From NCBI GenBank assembly GCA_048213135.1, contig PS015082.1:224466-268549 (forward strand): a DNA stretch of 44,084 bases, read 5' to 3'. A program made the translations under genes and the position numbers. The number at the start of each line of letters is the position of its first letter. The stretch's first letter is position 1. Positions 11,014 to 21,800 of the stretch are shown here, piece by piece. The notes under the pieces are model-generated. The model did no database searches, was not told the origin of the DNA, and worked only from the letters and a program-made list of their open reading frames with translations. The DNA comes from Reclinomonas americana ATCC 50394. Its lineage: Eukaryota.

Positions 11014-11936
11014 ATGGCGTGGGCAAGCAGAGCAGTCAACTCGCTGTGCGCAGCGCCCTTGCTGCTGCGCCGCTCCTTTGCCACGGCCTCTGCTGGTGCA
11101 CAAAACAGAGCGAGTCATGGCGCGCGCGATCTCTCACTCACTCTCACTCTCATGCACACACAGACGGCTTTGCGGCGGTGCGCAGTGCGCTGGAGGCCGA
11201 GTCGTCGCCACGCGTGTCGTGGGCGCGCTTCCAGGAGCTCTGTGCCTCGGCCAAGACGCCTGCGTCGGCGGTGGAGGTGGCGGAGAAGTTGCAGGCGGAG
11301 GGCGCGGTGGTGTTGGGACGCGGAGGCCTGGAGAGACACCTCGAGCAGTCGGTGTTTGTCAAGCCGGCGGCGGTGGTGGCCGCGCTCAATGACGCGCTGG
11401 ATGTGTCGGGCGAGAATCGCAAGGCGAGTCTCTCTCAAACACACACTCACCGCGCTCATCGGCTCTTTTGTGCTCATCGCGACTGTGCGCAACAGAGTCG
11501 CCTGCGTGAGGTGGAGAACAACCTGGTGACGTGGAAGAAGGAGGTGGCGGAGTTGAACGCGGCCAAGCAGAAGCTCGATGTGCAGGCGTTGGCCTCGGCC
11601 AATCGCACCATCAATGCGGGTCTGGCGTTCCTCGTGGCGCAGACCTCGTATCTCTTCTACCTCACCTACGACGTGTACGCGTGGGATGTGACGGAGCCGA
11701 TCTGCTTCTTTGCCAGTTCCATCACCGTCTTCACCGGCTACTTTTACTACTTGACCACGCGACAGGAGTACACGCACGACTCGATGCGGACGACGCTCTT
11801 CTTCCGCCGTCGCGACAAGCTGTACAAGCGTACGGGCTTTGACCTGTCGCACTATGAGGAGCTGCTGGAGCGCATTCATGCCGGCGAGACCGAGGTTCAA
11901 CGACTTCGCATGCTGCTGGGATTGCCCGCCAAGTAA
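11014..11936 (+). CDS. MCU: Mitochondrial calcium uniporter (plant/protist-type N-terminus)
   Basis: Presequence-like MAWASRAVNSLCAAPLLLRRSFATA; VSWARFQELC..GAVVLG..VFVKP; coiled coil; TM1-WDVTEP-TM2-YYLTTRQEY; GFDLSHYEEL. Intron 1 ends at 11163 (donor 11096 or 11114); intron 2 is 11424-11495. Confidence 0.92.
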
Positions 11937-12158
11937 GAGACACAGCAAGAGTGGAGGAGAGAGAGTAGAGAGTACCTTTCCTTATTGTTTTTGATGTCGG
12001 TGTTTGCGGCAAGTTCGTCGTCGTCGTGTGCTGCTGGTGGTGCAGTGTGTTAAGCACACCACCGACTGCTCGGCCGCCTTGCCGCTCCCTCCCTCTGCCT
12101 CTTCCCTCCCTCCTCTCGCTGTCATTGTACACAATCAAGTTACTTCGTGTGACCTTTA

Positions 12159-13035
12159 TCATGTGGCGCTCTCGAGTAGTGTCTCTCGCCGCCGCTGCGT
12201 GGCGGGTTTCTGATCGCGCGCCACCGTCAGCGACGAGGGATCCCACAGCTGCAACGCCTCGGCCACCGCCGGCGAGTACAAGTGCCGCAACACACTCTGC
12301 TCCTGCTTGTGCATCTGCCGGTACTGCCGGTCGGTTTCGTGCTCGTAGCCGACCAGGTGACACAAGCCGTGAACCAGTAACTGTGCATACAATGAGCAGC
12401 GGTGGAAGGAGCCGGAGCGACTCGTGCAGGCGCGCAACTCTGTCAATGTGCATGTCGAGCGTCACGTCGGGAAAGGGCGTCGCCAGACCGTCAAACTCCG
12501 ACTTGTAATCGTCGTACTCTCCAGCGGCCATGCGCCGGAGGATCTCTCTACGCCTCGTCAGCAAGCACGCCAGCAACGGAAGGAGGACAAGCAAGGAAGG
12601 CGAGCGCGCAACTGCGGGCACACAATGATATCACCAACATTGCGCTCGTCTTCGTGCTGCGGCGCCGGCAACACTCCCGGTCGCACAGACTGACCAACGC
12701 AACAGACAGTGAGTCACAGCAGCAGCAGCAGTATCAGTCTCCCACCAACGCGGACCTCATGGAAGGGAAAGGAGAGTACATCCGGGCACCCATCGCGCCC
12801 TCTGTACCGCGCATTGACCGCCCTCGCTCGCGCCGGCTGGTACAGCGCCACTCCACACATGTACCGCGCATAGCCGAGGTGCTCCAGTGCCGCAGCCACC
12901 ACACGCGCCACACGCGCAGGATGCACAAACACGTACTCGTGCACGAGGCTTTGTGTAAGCACTCTGGCGCGCGATGGAGCGTGAGAGAGAGAGGAGAACG
13001 ACAAAGGCGGGGAAGACCCACCTCACGAGCTCCAT
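12159..13035 (-). CDS. YBEY: YbeY endoribonuclease (organellar-type)
   Basis: Five exons: MELVRVL...VNARYRGRDGCPDVLSFPFHE / SVRPGVLPAPQHEDERNVGDIIVCPQ / ...IDR / LLVHGLCHLVGYEHET, containing the H3xH5xH zinc motif. Confidence 0.92.
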
Positions 13036-13083
13036 CGACAACGAGGAAGGTGCCAATCACGCTCGCGTCTTTTGTGATATCAC

Positions 13084-16000
13084 ATGTCTGCGCGCGGTGA
13101 CACCAGTCGCTCTCCATCGCCGCCTGCGTCGTCCTCTGCGCGACCAGCCGCGCAGCCTCCGCCACTGATCTCACACAGCACGCACCATGGCAGTGTGTCG
13201 ACTCTGTTGCAGCGATTGGCGCGCGCAGCTGCGCTGCAAGAGGACCCGGCGTTTGCCATGCAGCAGCAGCTGTTGCGGCAACAGCAGCAGCAGTTGCAGG
13301 CGCAGCAGCAGCCGGCGAGAGAGTCGAGCACGAGTGGGCGCGAGCAGGAGGTGATCAAGTCGATGCGATTGCCGGTGTATTCGCGCGTAATGCCCACGCA
13401 GAGACACTTGGATCTCTTGCAAAGAGTGAGCGATGTGTGTGTGTGCGAAAGAGAGACAGGGTTTGTTGCCAACACATGCACGTGCGTCATAGGGATTGGC
13501 GGCGCCGCAGCGTGTGTTCTACTTGGACGGGAGCAGTGATGAGTTTGTCGTTCGCGCCAACACCACCGTATCGCAGCTGTGTCGTATGGTGGTCGACAGT
13601 GTGTACCCGCCACTGCCGAATCGTCATCTCTATGCTATCTACTGGTCGACTGCGGGCGGCGATGTGCTGCTGGACGCGGAGATGTCGGTGAACAAGGTGC
13701 GCGATCGGCTCGTCAGCTCGGTCACTAGCATGGTCGAGGCCGGTGATTACACGTCGTCGGCGGGTGGATCGTCGCAGACTGCTGCGCACTGGGCTCGATA
13801 TGTGCGACAGGTGTGTGGCGAGGAGAGAGAGAGAGAAGCAATGCGTTACTTTCTCTTACGCGCGCTCGACAGCTGGAGCAAGAGGTTGTCCGCGGCTTCT
13901 TCCTGTTCCGACAGCGGCTGTTCCCGCCCATGGAAAAGTTCTTTCATGAGCAGCAGGCCACGCGACCGGGCTTTCCGGTGCTCTCTCGTTGCGTTGCTGC
14001 GACAGACTTGTCTTTCTTTCTCTCTCTCCTCTCCCTGTCAGCTATCTCACTGTGCACGCACAGGGCATTTCCGAATGCTGGAGCTGGTGTACCTGCACGT
14101 GCGACAGGCGTTCCTGGCGGGCCGCTTCCTGCTGTCGCTCGACGAGGCGGTGGACGTGGCGGCGAGCATTCTGTGCGCGGACGAGTATCGCGTCGGCCAC
14201 AATGACGGACCCGATCCACCAGGTGATTTCCACGTATGGGCAGAGAGCACTTGGGTTGCCTTTGCTTACCGCACACGCAGTCGAGTATCGCAGCAGCACG
14301 CACTTGTCGCAAGACGACCGGCCATTCGTGCGGTACGATGCAGCACCACCATGGCGCTCTTGTGGCCGGTCGCGTGCGGTTCGTGCCCTCGCCAATCTTT
14401 TCTTTTACACTCCTGTTTTTTTCTAGCTGATCAACATTGCGATGCAGGTCGGTGACGACGACGACGCCGTTGCCGATGCTGGTGCGTTGTCTATCACGTG
14501 GGAACTCAACCACTCAAATGCTTACTCTTTCGAGACTGCAGGGTCGCCTTCTGCTCATCCCGAGTGCCGCGAACGCGGATGTCTGCTGATGGCCCTGCCG
14601 CGCATCCTGCGCTGCTCCGAGTCGATGAGCTCTGCGCAGCTGCACAGTCGCATCGCACAATGTGTGAGTGTGGATATTTTGCTCTTCCCCTCCCTCCCTC
14701 TCGCTTATCGACTACGGGTTGTGTTTCGCAGAGGAACGAAGCCCGCGATCGTCTCTCGCTGCTGTACGATGCGGAATTCGCTCGCGTCAACCGAATTCAC
14801 AACGAGGCCGTCGAAGCACGGGAGAGGCAACTGGCGGATGAGTGGCGCAGGCGAGCAGAGGAAGAGGGTCTCACTGTGGTCGCCGCTGGTGAGTGGAAGT
14901 GGGTGGCGCCAAAGTGCCTTCCACAACCTCATCAATCCTCTCTGTCTCGTCGTTGTGTCGCCCAGATCATGCTGAGCAGCTGACGGCACGCTCCACCACG
15001 CGACTTGCCGCCGAGGAGAGGAGAGAGCGAGAGCGGTACGGCGAGTTTCACAAGCGCATGTGGATTGCGGCCGACCGCATGGAGGCCGTGGTCACCCGCT
15101 TGATCGATGAGTGTGTGCACACGTACTTTGATGCGCAGGTATGCAGCAGGGGAAGAGAGAGCGCATGCGTTTCTCGGCTCTCACTCTCTCTCTCTCTCTC
15201 TTCCGGGCGCAGCTCGTGCACGGCGGGTGTCGGCAACCGCGTGTGATTTCCATCCATGCCAACGGTGTCACGGTGTACAAGTACCCCACGATGGTGTCAG
15301 CGCATTGTGTTGCGTCTAACTGGTGTGCGTTCGTCCTTGCTAATTGTTGTGGCGCGCAGGAGAACCCTGAGGTGTACTTTGTCCACGAGATCGTGTCGTA
15401 CAACAACCACCCACTGGCATTCCAGCTGGAGATCGACCTCGACGAGGACGTGGCGCTGCGAGAGAACTGCACGCGGTCATTTACGCGGACGTTTGCCACG
15501 CCTCTGCGCCGAGTTTCGTTCGCCACTGCATTGTCTCCTCGTCTTGACAGTTTGTTGTTGTTGATGGTGGTGCACGCAGTCCATGGACATGGTGCGCCTG
15601 ATGAATGACTACGTCAGCTACCATCTGTGGACACTCGACGAGGCGCAGCGGCAGCGGCAGTACGAGGAGCGATGCGCCGAGTTGGGCCAGCGACACGCTG
15701 TGTACGTCGATCGGCCAGTCCCCCTACCGCCGCCACCCCACCAGTGCGCACCGCAAATGTCGTACGGTCTGCTCATCATCTTCCTCCCCCTCCCTTATTC
15801 CCATCGTGCACACGGCTGACGTAGTCTTCGTAGACGTGTACGTGGCCGTGCGCTTCGGTACCGAAATTCCCATCATGTCGGCGCACCACGAGAGCGTGCA
15901 ATTTGACTCGAGGCGCTCGATGCGCTCGGTCATGAGCGCGGTCGGCGCGTCGACGAGCAGCCTGCTGCGCGCCAACAGCAGTGTTGGCCAGATGATGCTG

Positions 16001-16930
16001 CGCAAGCACGTGCACAGCATGTCGGGCGCGGCCTCGACTGGACGACTCATGAGCATGTTTCGGAGGTCCGACACGCAGCCGCGCCACCACTGCGCTGTGT
16101 TGTTGCGCGGCACCGACGGCACGGTACGTGGGCCTTGATATATCAGGATCTACGATAACCCCTCACCTTGTGTGCATGCGGGAGCAGAAGTTCATTTTCG
16201 AGTACAACCAAAAGGTGGACGACGGCATCGATCGAGTGCATCTCGAGTCCACCGCCGACATTTACCAGTACAAAGTACAGCGCTACGTTGCGTGTGGAAA
16301 AACATGGCGCCAGTCCCACCTCCGCATCCGCTGCGCCTCACACTCTTCCGTCCCGCAGGTCGGCAAGAGCACTCGTACGCTGGCCAATTTCCGCACGTGG
16401 TACGAAAAGTGGGAGGCGGCAGTGGGCTCCATTCCGAGCATTCCCACCAGCAACTGGGTGCGCAACTTGCGCTCGCCTGACACACCGTAGAGAGTGCACT
16501 CATCACACACCGATTGCAGAGCGGATACCGGTACCTGCGACGACCGATTCAGTGGGACGACGAAAACCAGCGATGGGAACCCAAGCTGGTCGACCTGTCG
16601 TGGCTCGACTGGGGTCTCGGTGCCGAATTCCTGTTGGCGGCCGTCTACTACTTGTGTGCCGCCGAGGGCGCGGTCAACATCCAGACGGCCACGTGGTTCG
16701 ACGCTGCGTTCGTCACTGTGCGCGACGCATTCGAGGAGGTGAGACGACATTTGCCATCCATATTTCACGCGCGCACTCACCTCCAGCTGGTCGTTGCGCA
16801 GTCGAAGAAGATTCAGAACGTGAGCGAACCCGACATCTCCGACGAGGACGTCATTGAGATCGCTCGCCGGCTACGTGAAGATCCGTCCGCGATGCCAGCC
16901 GACGACGCCGACGACGATGGTTACCAGTAG
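13084..16930 (+). CDS. FERM-domain protein with a C-terminal PPPDE/permuted-papain-like region
   Basis: RVFYLDGSSDEFVVRANTTVSQLC (F1 lobe), LELVYLHVRQAFLAGRFLLSLDEAVDVAASIL (F2) and ISIHANGVTVY..FATPLRRSMDMVRLMNDYV (F3). Many GT-AG introns; the exon structure at 14220-14450 is unresolved. Stop at 16928-16930. Confidence 0.75.
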
Positions 16931-17030
16931 CCGCTGGCATTTGGCAAATTCTGTATAAAAACTGTGTGATGTTGTTGTGTTGTTGTTGTTGTCGTTGGAG
17001 TGGGAGTGGTTGTCACCGCCTTGCGGCTCG

Positions 17031-18336
17031 TCATTCATCCGCCAACGACGGCGGGCGCTCGCTCGGCAGAGTGGCGCCGAGTTCCTCAACGAGTTCCGAG
17101 GGCAGTGAGGCGCGCGCACGCTCGTAGGCGTCCCACCACCAGCTTTGAATGATGCGCAGCGGCGGATGTGCCTCGAACAGGCGCTCCTGCGTGGACCACG
17201 GCTTGTAGTGGGCGTAGTGGACCACGTGGACTTGCTCGCGGTGCCAGGCGAACGGGTACGACTCGGCCAGCGCCAGCTGGTCGGCGTTGAAGAGAGGCGG
17301 CAAATCGCAGACGTGTCGACGCACCGACGGCCGCCACGCAGCGACCTCGCGGCGCGTGCGCTGCAGATCGTCCTCGTCGGTGTCGGCGGGAGGAGCCGAC
17401 CACGCCTGGCCACCAAAGTAGCTGTTGAGGAACCCGCCGTCGGCGCCATCAAACGAAAACACATCGTCGATGGCAAGCAGCATGCGATCAAAGACGAGCG
17501 CACTCGGTCGCAGCACCATCACTCCCGTGTTGTGGTATCCGAGCCAGTCGCGCCCGACTGTGCGCACATGCAAACAAACATGAGCATGCTTCTTCTCTGA
17601 TGCTGCTGCTTCGATGGAAGAGTCACGCACGACTGAGAACATTATCGGCCGCCGGCGCGTAATACAGCAGCCCATCGATGGGCTGCATCAGCAGCGTGTC
17701 GCTGTCGAGGAACACCACACGATCGAACTGCGTCATGGACCACACGCGCAGCTTGACAAACAGATTGGAAAAGTAGGCACGACCGCGTCGCGCCTGCTGC
17801 TTTGGTGGATCTGGCACCGGCTCCACGTCCACGACACGCGCATGCACCGCCTGCAGCGCTGCCAGCTCGCCATGAGGACCACCAACAAGCAAGGACAACT
17901 GACTCCAACACGACAAACCTCGCCGACCAGCCGCCGAAACGCTATCATTGGCCACCATGACAATGAACGGCACATGCGGATGAAAGCGATGCGCATTCGA
18001 GGCCACAGTGCACGCGCCAGCAAGATACGAGTCACCGCCCAAGTCTGCAATGCATGCGTGTAAGACACACATACATGTGAGAGTGAGCGGGTGTGAATGC
18101 GCGTAACAAGTGACAATGGCCACACGTGCACTTGACCACGGTTCCCATACGCACGGTGCACGTGCACTGCTATAGCATGAGCGCTTATGAAGAAGAAGTT
18201 TGCATGCATGCACGTCAAACCTGATCGTCACTGTAGACCCCTCACGACGCGTCCACAGCAGCAACACCACAGAAGCGACTAGTAGAAGGCCCACAAGCGC
18301 GATAATACGACGCAAGTGGCGACGCACGTGCAACAT
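17031..18336 (-). CDS. GT8 (glycogenin/PGSIP-like) type II membrane glycosyltransferase
   Basis: N-terminal TM IIALVGLLLVASVVLLLW; VAIVTYLGGDSYLAGA; FVKLRVWSMTQFDRVVFLDSDTL (DxD); HNTGVMVLRPS; FDGADGGFLNSYF; VVHYAHYKPW. Confidence 0.88.
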
Positions 18337-18407
18337 CGAAAGACAAAGAAAGGCGCGTGTCCCGTCCCGCTCACGCTCATCACACTCGACGATCGCACGC
18401 CATCACC

Positions 18408-18827
18408 ATGAACTCTGATCAGCTTGACAAGTTGCGCGCGCGCGTGTGTGTACATGCCTTGCCTCTCACTCACATGCTTTTTACTCTCTCTCTCTCTCTT
18501 TGCTCTCACCAAAACAGCATCATCGACACTGACGCTGCCGACTTGAAGGCATACGGCCAGTCACACGGCAATGCCATCCCCAACAGCATGATCTCGGCTG
18601 ATGGCGAGCAGATCTCTGCGGCCACTGCTGCTGTTGCGTTTTACACACAATGTGGAAAAGATGAGTGTGAGAAGTCTCTCACGCACACACAAAAATCTTC
18701 CACATGCGCAGTACGTGCACTCGGTGGAGGCCTCGGTGCTGTCGGTGAGCACGTGCTTGTTGCCACATGCGCGCGCGTGTGTGTGTGTGTGACTCACAAA
18801 TGACATTCACACGTGCAGGGACTGTGA
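18408..18827 (+). CDS. Putative 59-aa microprotein, 4 exons
   Basis: Introns 18431-18517, 18633-18711 and 18745-18818, each with a CTCAC-type branch motif and CAG. Product MNSDQLDNIIDTDAADLKAYGQSHGNAIPNSMISADGEQISAATAAYVHSVEASVLSGL. AATAAA at 18849-18854. Confidence 0.65.
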
Positions 18828-18891
18828 GAAGCCGCTCTTCTGTGCACCAATAAACCATGATGTTTCTCGTACTTTGTTGCATGATTGATGT

Positions 18892-21800
18892 TTACCAGTA
18901 CGCTGTGACGAGTGGAGATACGTAGATGGGATAGCCGGCGGGTAAATCGGAGCTGGAGAGGGTGAGATTGCGCAGGGCGACGGCGTCGTTTTGAATGGAG
19001 CCGCGTTCCGAGGCCGTGCTGCTCATGTAGATGATCTCTTGGAGGCAGGCGGCCCAGAGGCCGCGCACGATTTCGCGGTTGAGTCGGCATACGCGAAAGT
19101 CGACTTGAGCGCGCGTCATGCGCACAAAGGCAAACGTGCCCGACATGGCATCCGTGTCGATTACAGCGCGAAGTGTAAACTGCATGCACACGCGATCTGC
19201 ATGAGCAACAACAACAACAGCGAGAGGACTTCCATCTCGTCAACGCACCAGTTGTTCGTGATTGTGCACAATGGCGGCGTTCCAGCGCGGATCACTCTCC
19301 GGGTAAATGTGAATGCGGCCGCGGTAGTCGTTGTTGAGGGCCGAGAAGAGGCCGTCGTCGTCCGTCATGTAGTCCGCAATGTAGCCCTGCGTGCGAATGA
19401 GACAGACGGATGGAGAGGGTCGAGCGATGCAGCCTGCTGCTCCCGCACTCACCACTTGATCCTGGTACAACTGGAACGCGTATCGCACACCCTCCGTAAA
19501 CACCTCGTTCACCAGCTGCGGCTGCGACTGCGTCCATCGCTCCCGTCGCGCGCTCAGGTGCGGATACTGGCCCGTAAATGACATGTACAGTGCGGCCATA
19601 AAGTGTTGCCTGCAGTAGAGGAGAGAGACGCAGGTCAGCCACCTTCCCGCGCGCGCCATCTAGCTCCATCGTGGCCACGACGCAACAGATCCGCCACGGG
19701 TTGGCCGTCTGGGTTGCGCAGGTTCTTGCGCGCCGCGAGAACCGTCAAATAACACAGTTTGACGATGCGATCCGTGGCGGCGCTGCACTGGTACTGCGTG
19801 CGTGACACACTGCGTCGCACATAGCTTGTGGTCAGCTCCATGTGCACGTGTTTGCGCGCCACACGAGCGGAATGCGCAACTTTTGTCGTCGGTGTTCCAC
19901 ACACAGACGAATGAAATTGCCGTACACCTCGAAGAACTTGTGCAGCGTGACACCCCCCAACTCAATGTCGTAGTCGGCATCTGTTCGTGCACCAACAACG
20001 TCGGTGAGCAACAACAGCGCGTGATGAGTGGGGAAAAGGACGTCGCACGCAACCCCATCTCGGCGAGAAACTCGGCGTCTTGTCGACATGGTCGTCGGGC
20101 AGCGACACGACAGCCTCCGCCACAGTCGGCACTGCGCGACGGCGTGACGTGCGGCCACCACTGCCGTTGTTGATTGTCATATTGTTGATGCCCTGCAACC
20201 TCCCCCGTGAGCAATTCATCCCGATTCACAGGCGCGCTGATCGCCGCACGCAACAAACGACGGCTCACTCTCCAACGAGTCGCTTGGCATCACCGCTGTC
20301 GCCGGGCGGTTCACTGCAGAGTGAGAGAATATGAGCATGGCAGACTAGAAGTGATTGTGCGTCGTTGTGAAGAGGCGCACCCATCACCGCGTCATCATTG
20401 ATGGACACAGGCGAGGTCACCGCCGACGAGCCGCCGCGCTCGGCAACAGGTCGGAGCCACTGGTCGACATCCTCGCGATCGAGCAGCAACCAAATCAGGG
20501 AGCACGTGTATAGGCGCACAAACTGCGCCCTCTGCTCAAAGTCGCCAAACATGCTGTGCGGCTGCAAGATGGCCATTGAATACGACGGCACCTCCATGTC
20601 TGCCACATGAAATGCATTGTCAGTTCATGGAGTGAGATGAATGGAGGGCACACAAGAATACGCACCGCGCAACAACCGCCACGTGGCGATGCGATACATC
20701 AGCAGTCGACCAATGGGCAGCGGGCCGTGATCGTGCGCCACCTGGGGAAAGTGAATCCACGATCAGAACGCGGACAACAAACACCCCCCGGCTTCTTAGA
20801 TCAAACCTTGGCTTCGTGAATTTGCAGGCGCTCCTGCTCGTGGCAGTAGGTACCTGCGCGACGGCACGTCAACCGCAACACCCTTTCTGGCCGACGAATA
20901 GAGAAAGCTGGAGAGACGTACCCATAAACTCCATGCCGCGAAGCTGGAACGTGATGAATCCATTTCCGACCTCGACAATGTGCACGAACGCAGAGGATCG
21001 ATCGCACTGGAAGAACAGCATGTCGCCGACTCCCACCGTACCGAGCTGCGTAACACGTAACACATGAGCCGGCGCAACAGAGATTCAGGCGCGCAAAGCA
21101 CCCGAGAACATACCTTGCCTTCGTCGATGCAAGACGGCAACACAGAGCGCAGCGCGCCGGCAAGTTGTTCGTACACCACCGAGTCGGGCGAGTCGGCTGA
21201 ATACTCGGAGGTCGCCGAGGTGGTATCTCCTAATCAGCGTCGACGCGCAAGTCAGTCAGGCACAGAAGTGACGAAGAATGCAACACGACGCACTTGATTT
21301 GCCTGTACAAAATGCACACCATGTGAGCAACCGCCGACTCAAGCAGAACACGTACAACCGCGAAAGAACGAACCGAGTTTGGACGTCTGATAGTCACGCT
21401 CCCAGAACTTGAGGGGTCTTTGGTAGCCGAGCACGAATGCGCCGCTGCCCATCAGTGGCATCCACACAAAGTCAAAGGCCACCGAAATGGCCATCATGAA
21501 GATGGCCAGTGAGAACGCTGCGTCGGTGGGTGCGCGTGAGCAACTGCGTACAGCAATGCTCAGCGCAGTGCCCTGGAAGGGGACGCAACACGGCACGCCG
21601 AGAGCGTGAAAGATTAGTTGCGCGTATCCCGTGTCGGAGAAGGGCGGCACAGTGAACGAGAGAGTACCACGAGCACGCACGGCCGCCAAGTCCACCTGCA
21701 ATCGTCGACACTGTCGTCAAGCACCCTCCAATACACATCAATTGGCAGAAGCACGCACCTTTTGTGCAATGATCATGCCCAGCGCGTAGTCAATGATGAA

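Noticed and set aside
17560-17680. Apparent frameshift in the GT8 gene
   Set aside because: Resolved by an ordinary phase-1 intron ending GCGCACAG, giving ..GRDWLGYHNTGVMVL.
491-18517. Several in-frame, stop-free introns (491-553, 2086-2142, 16287-16358, 18431-18517)
   Set aside because: Expected by chance for short GC-rich introns; no enrichment can be shown from this window.
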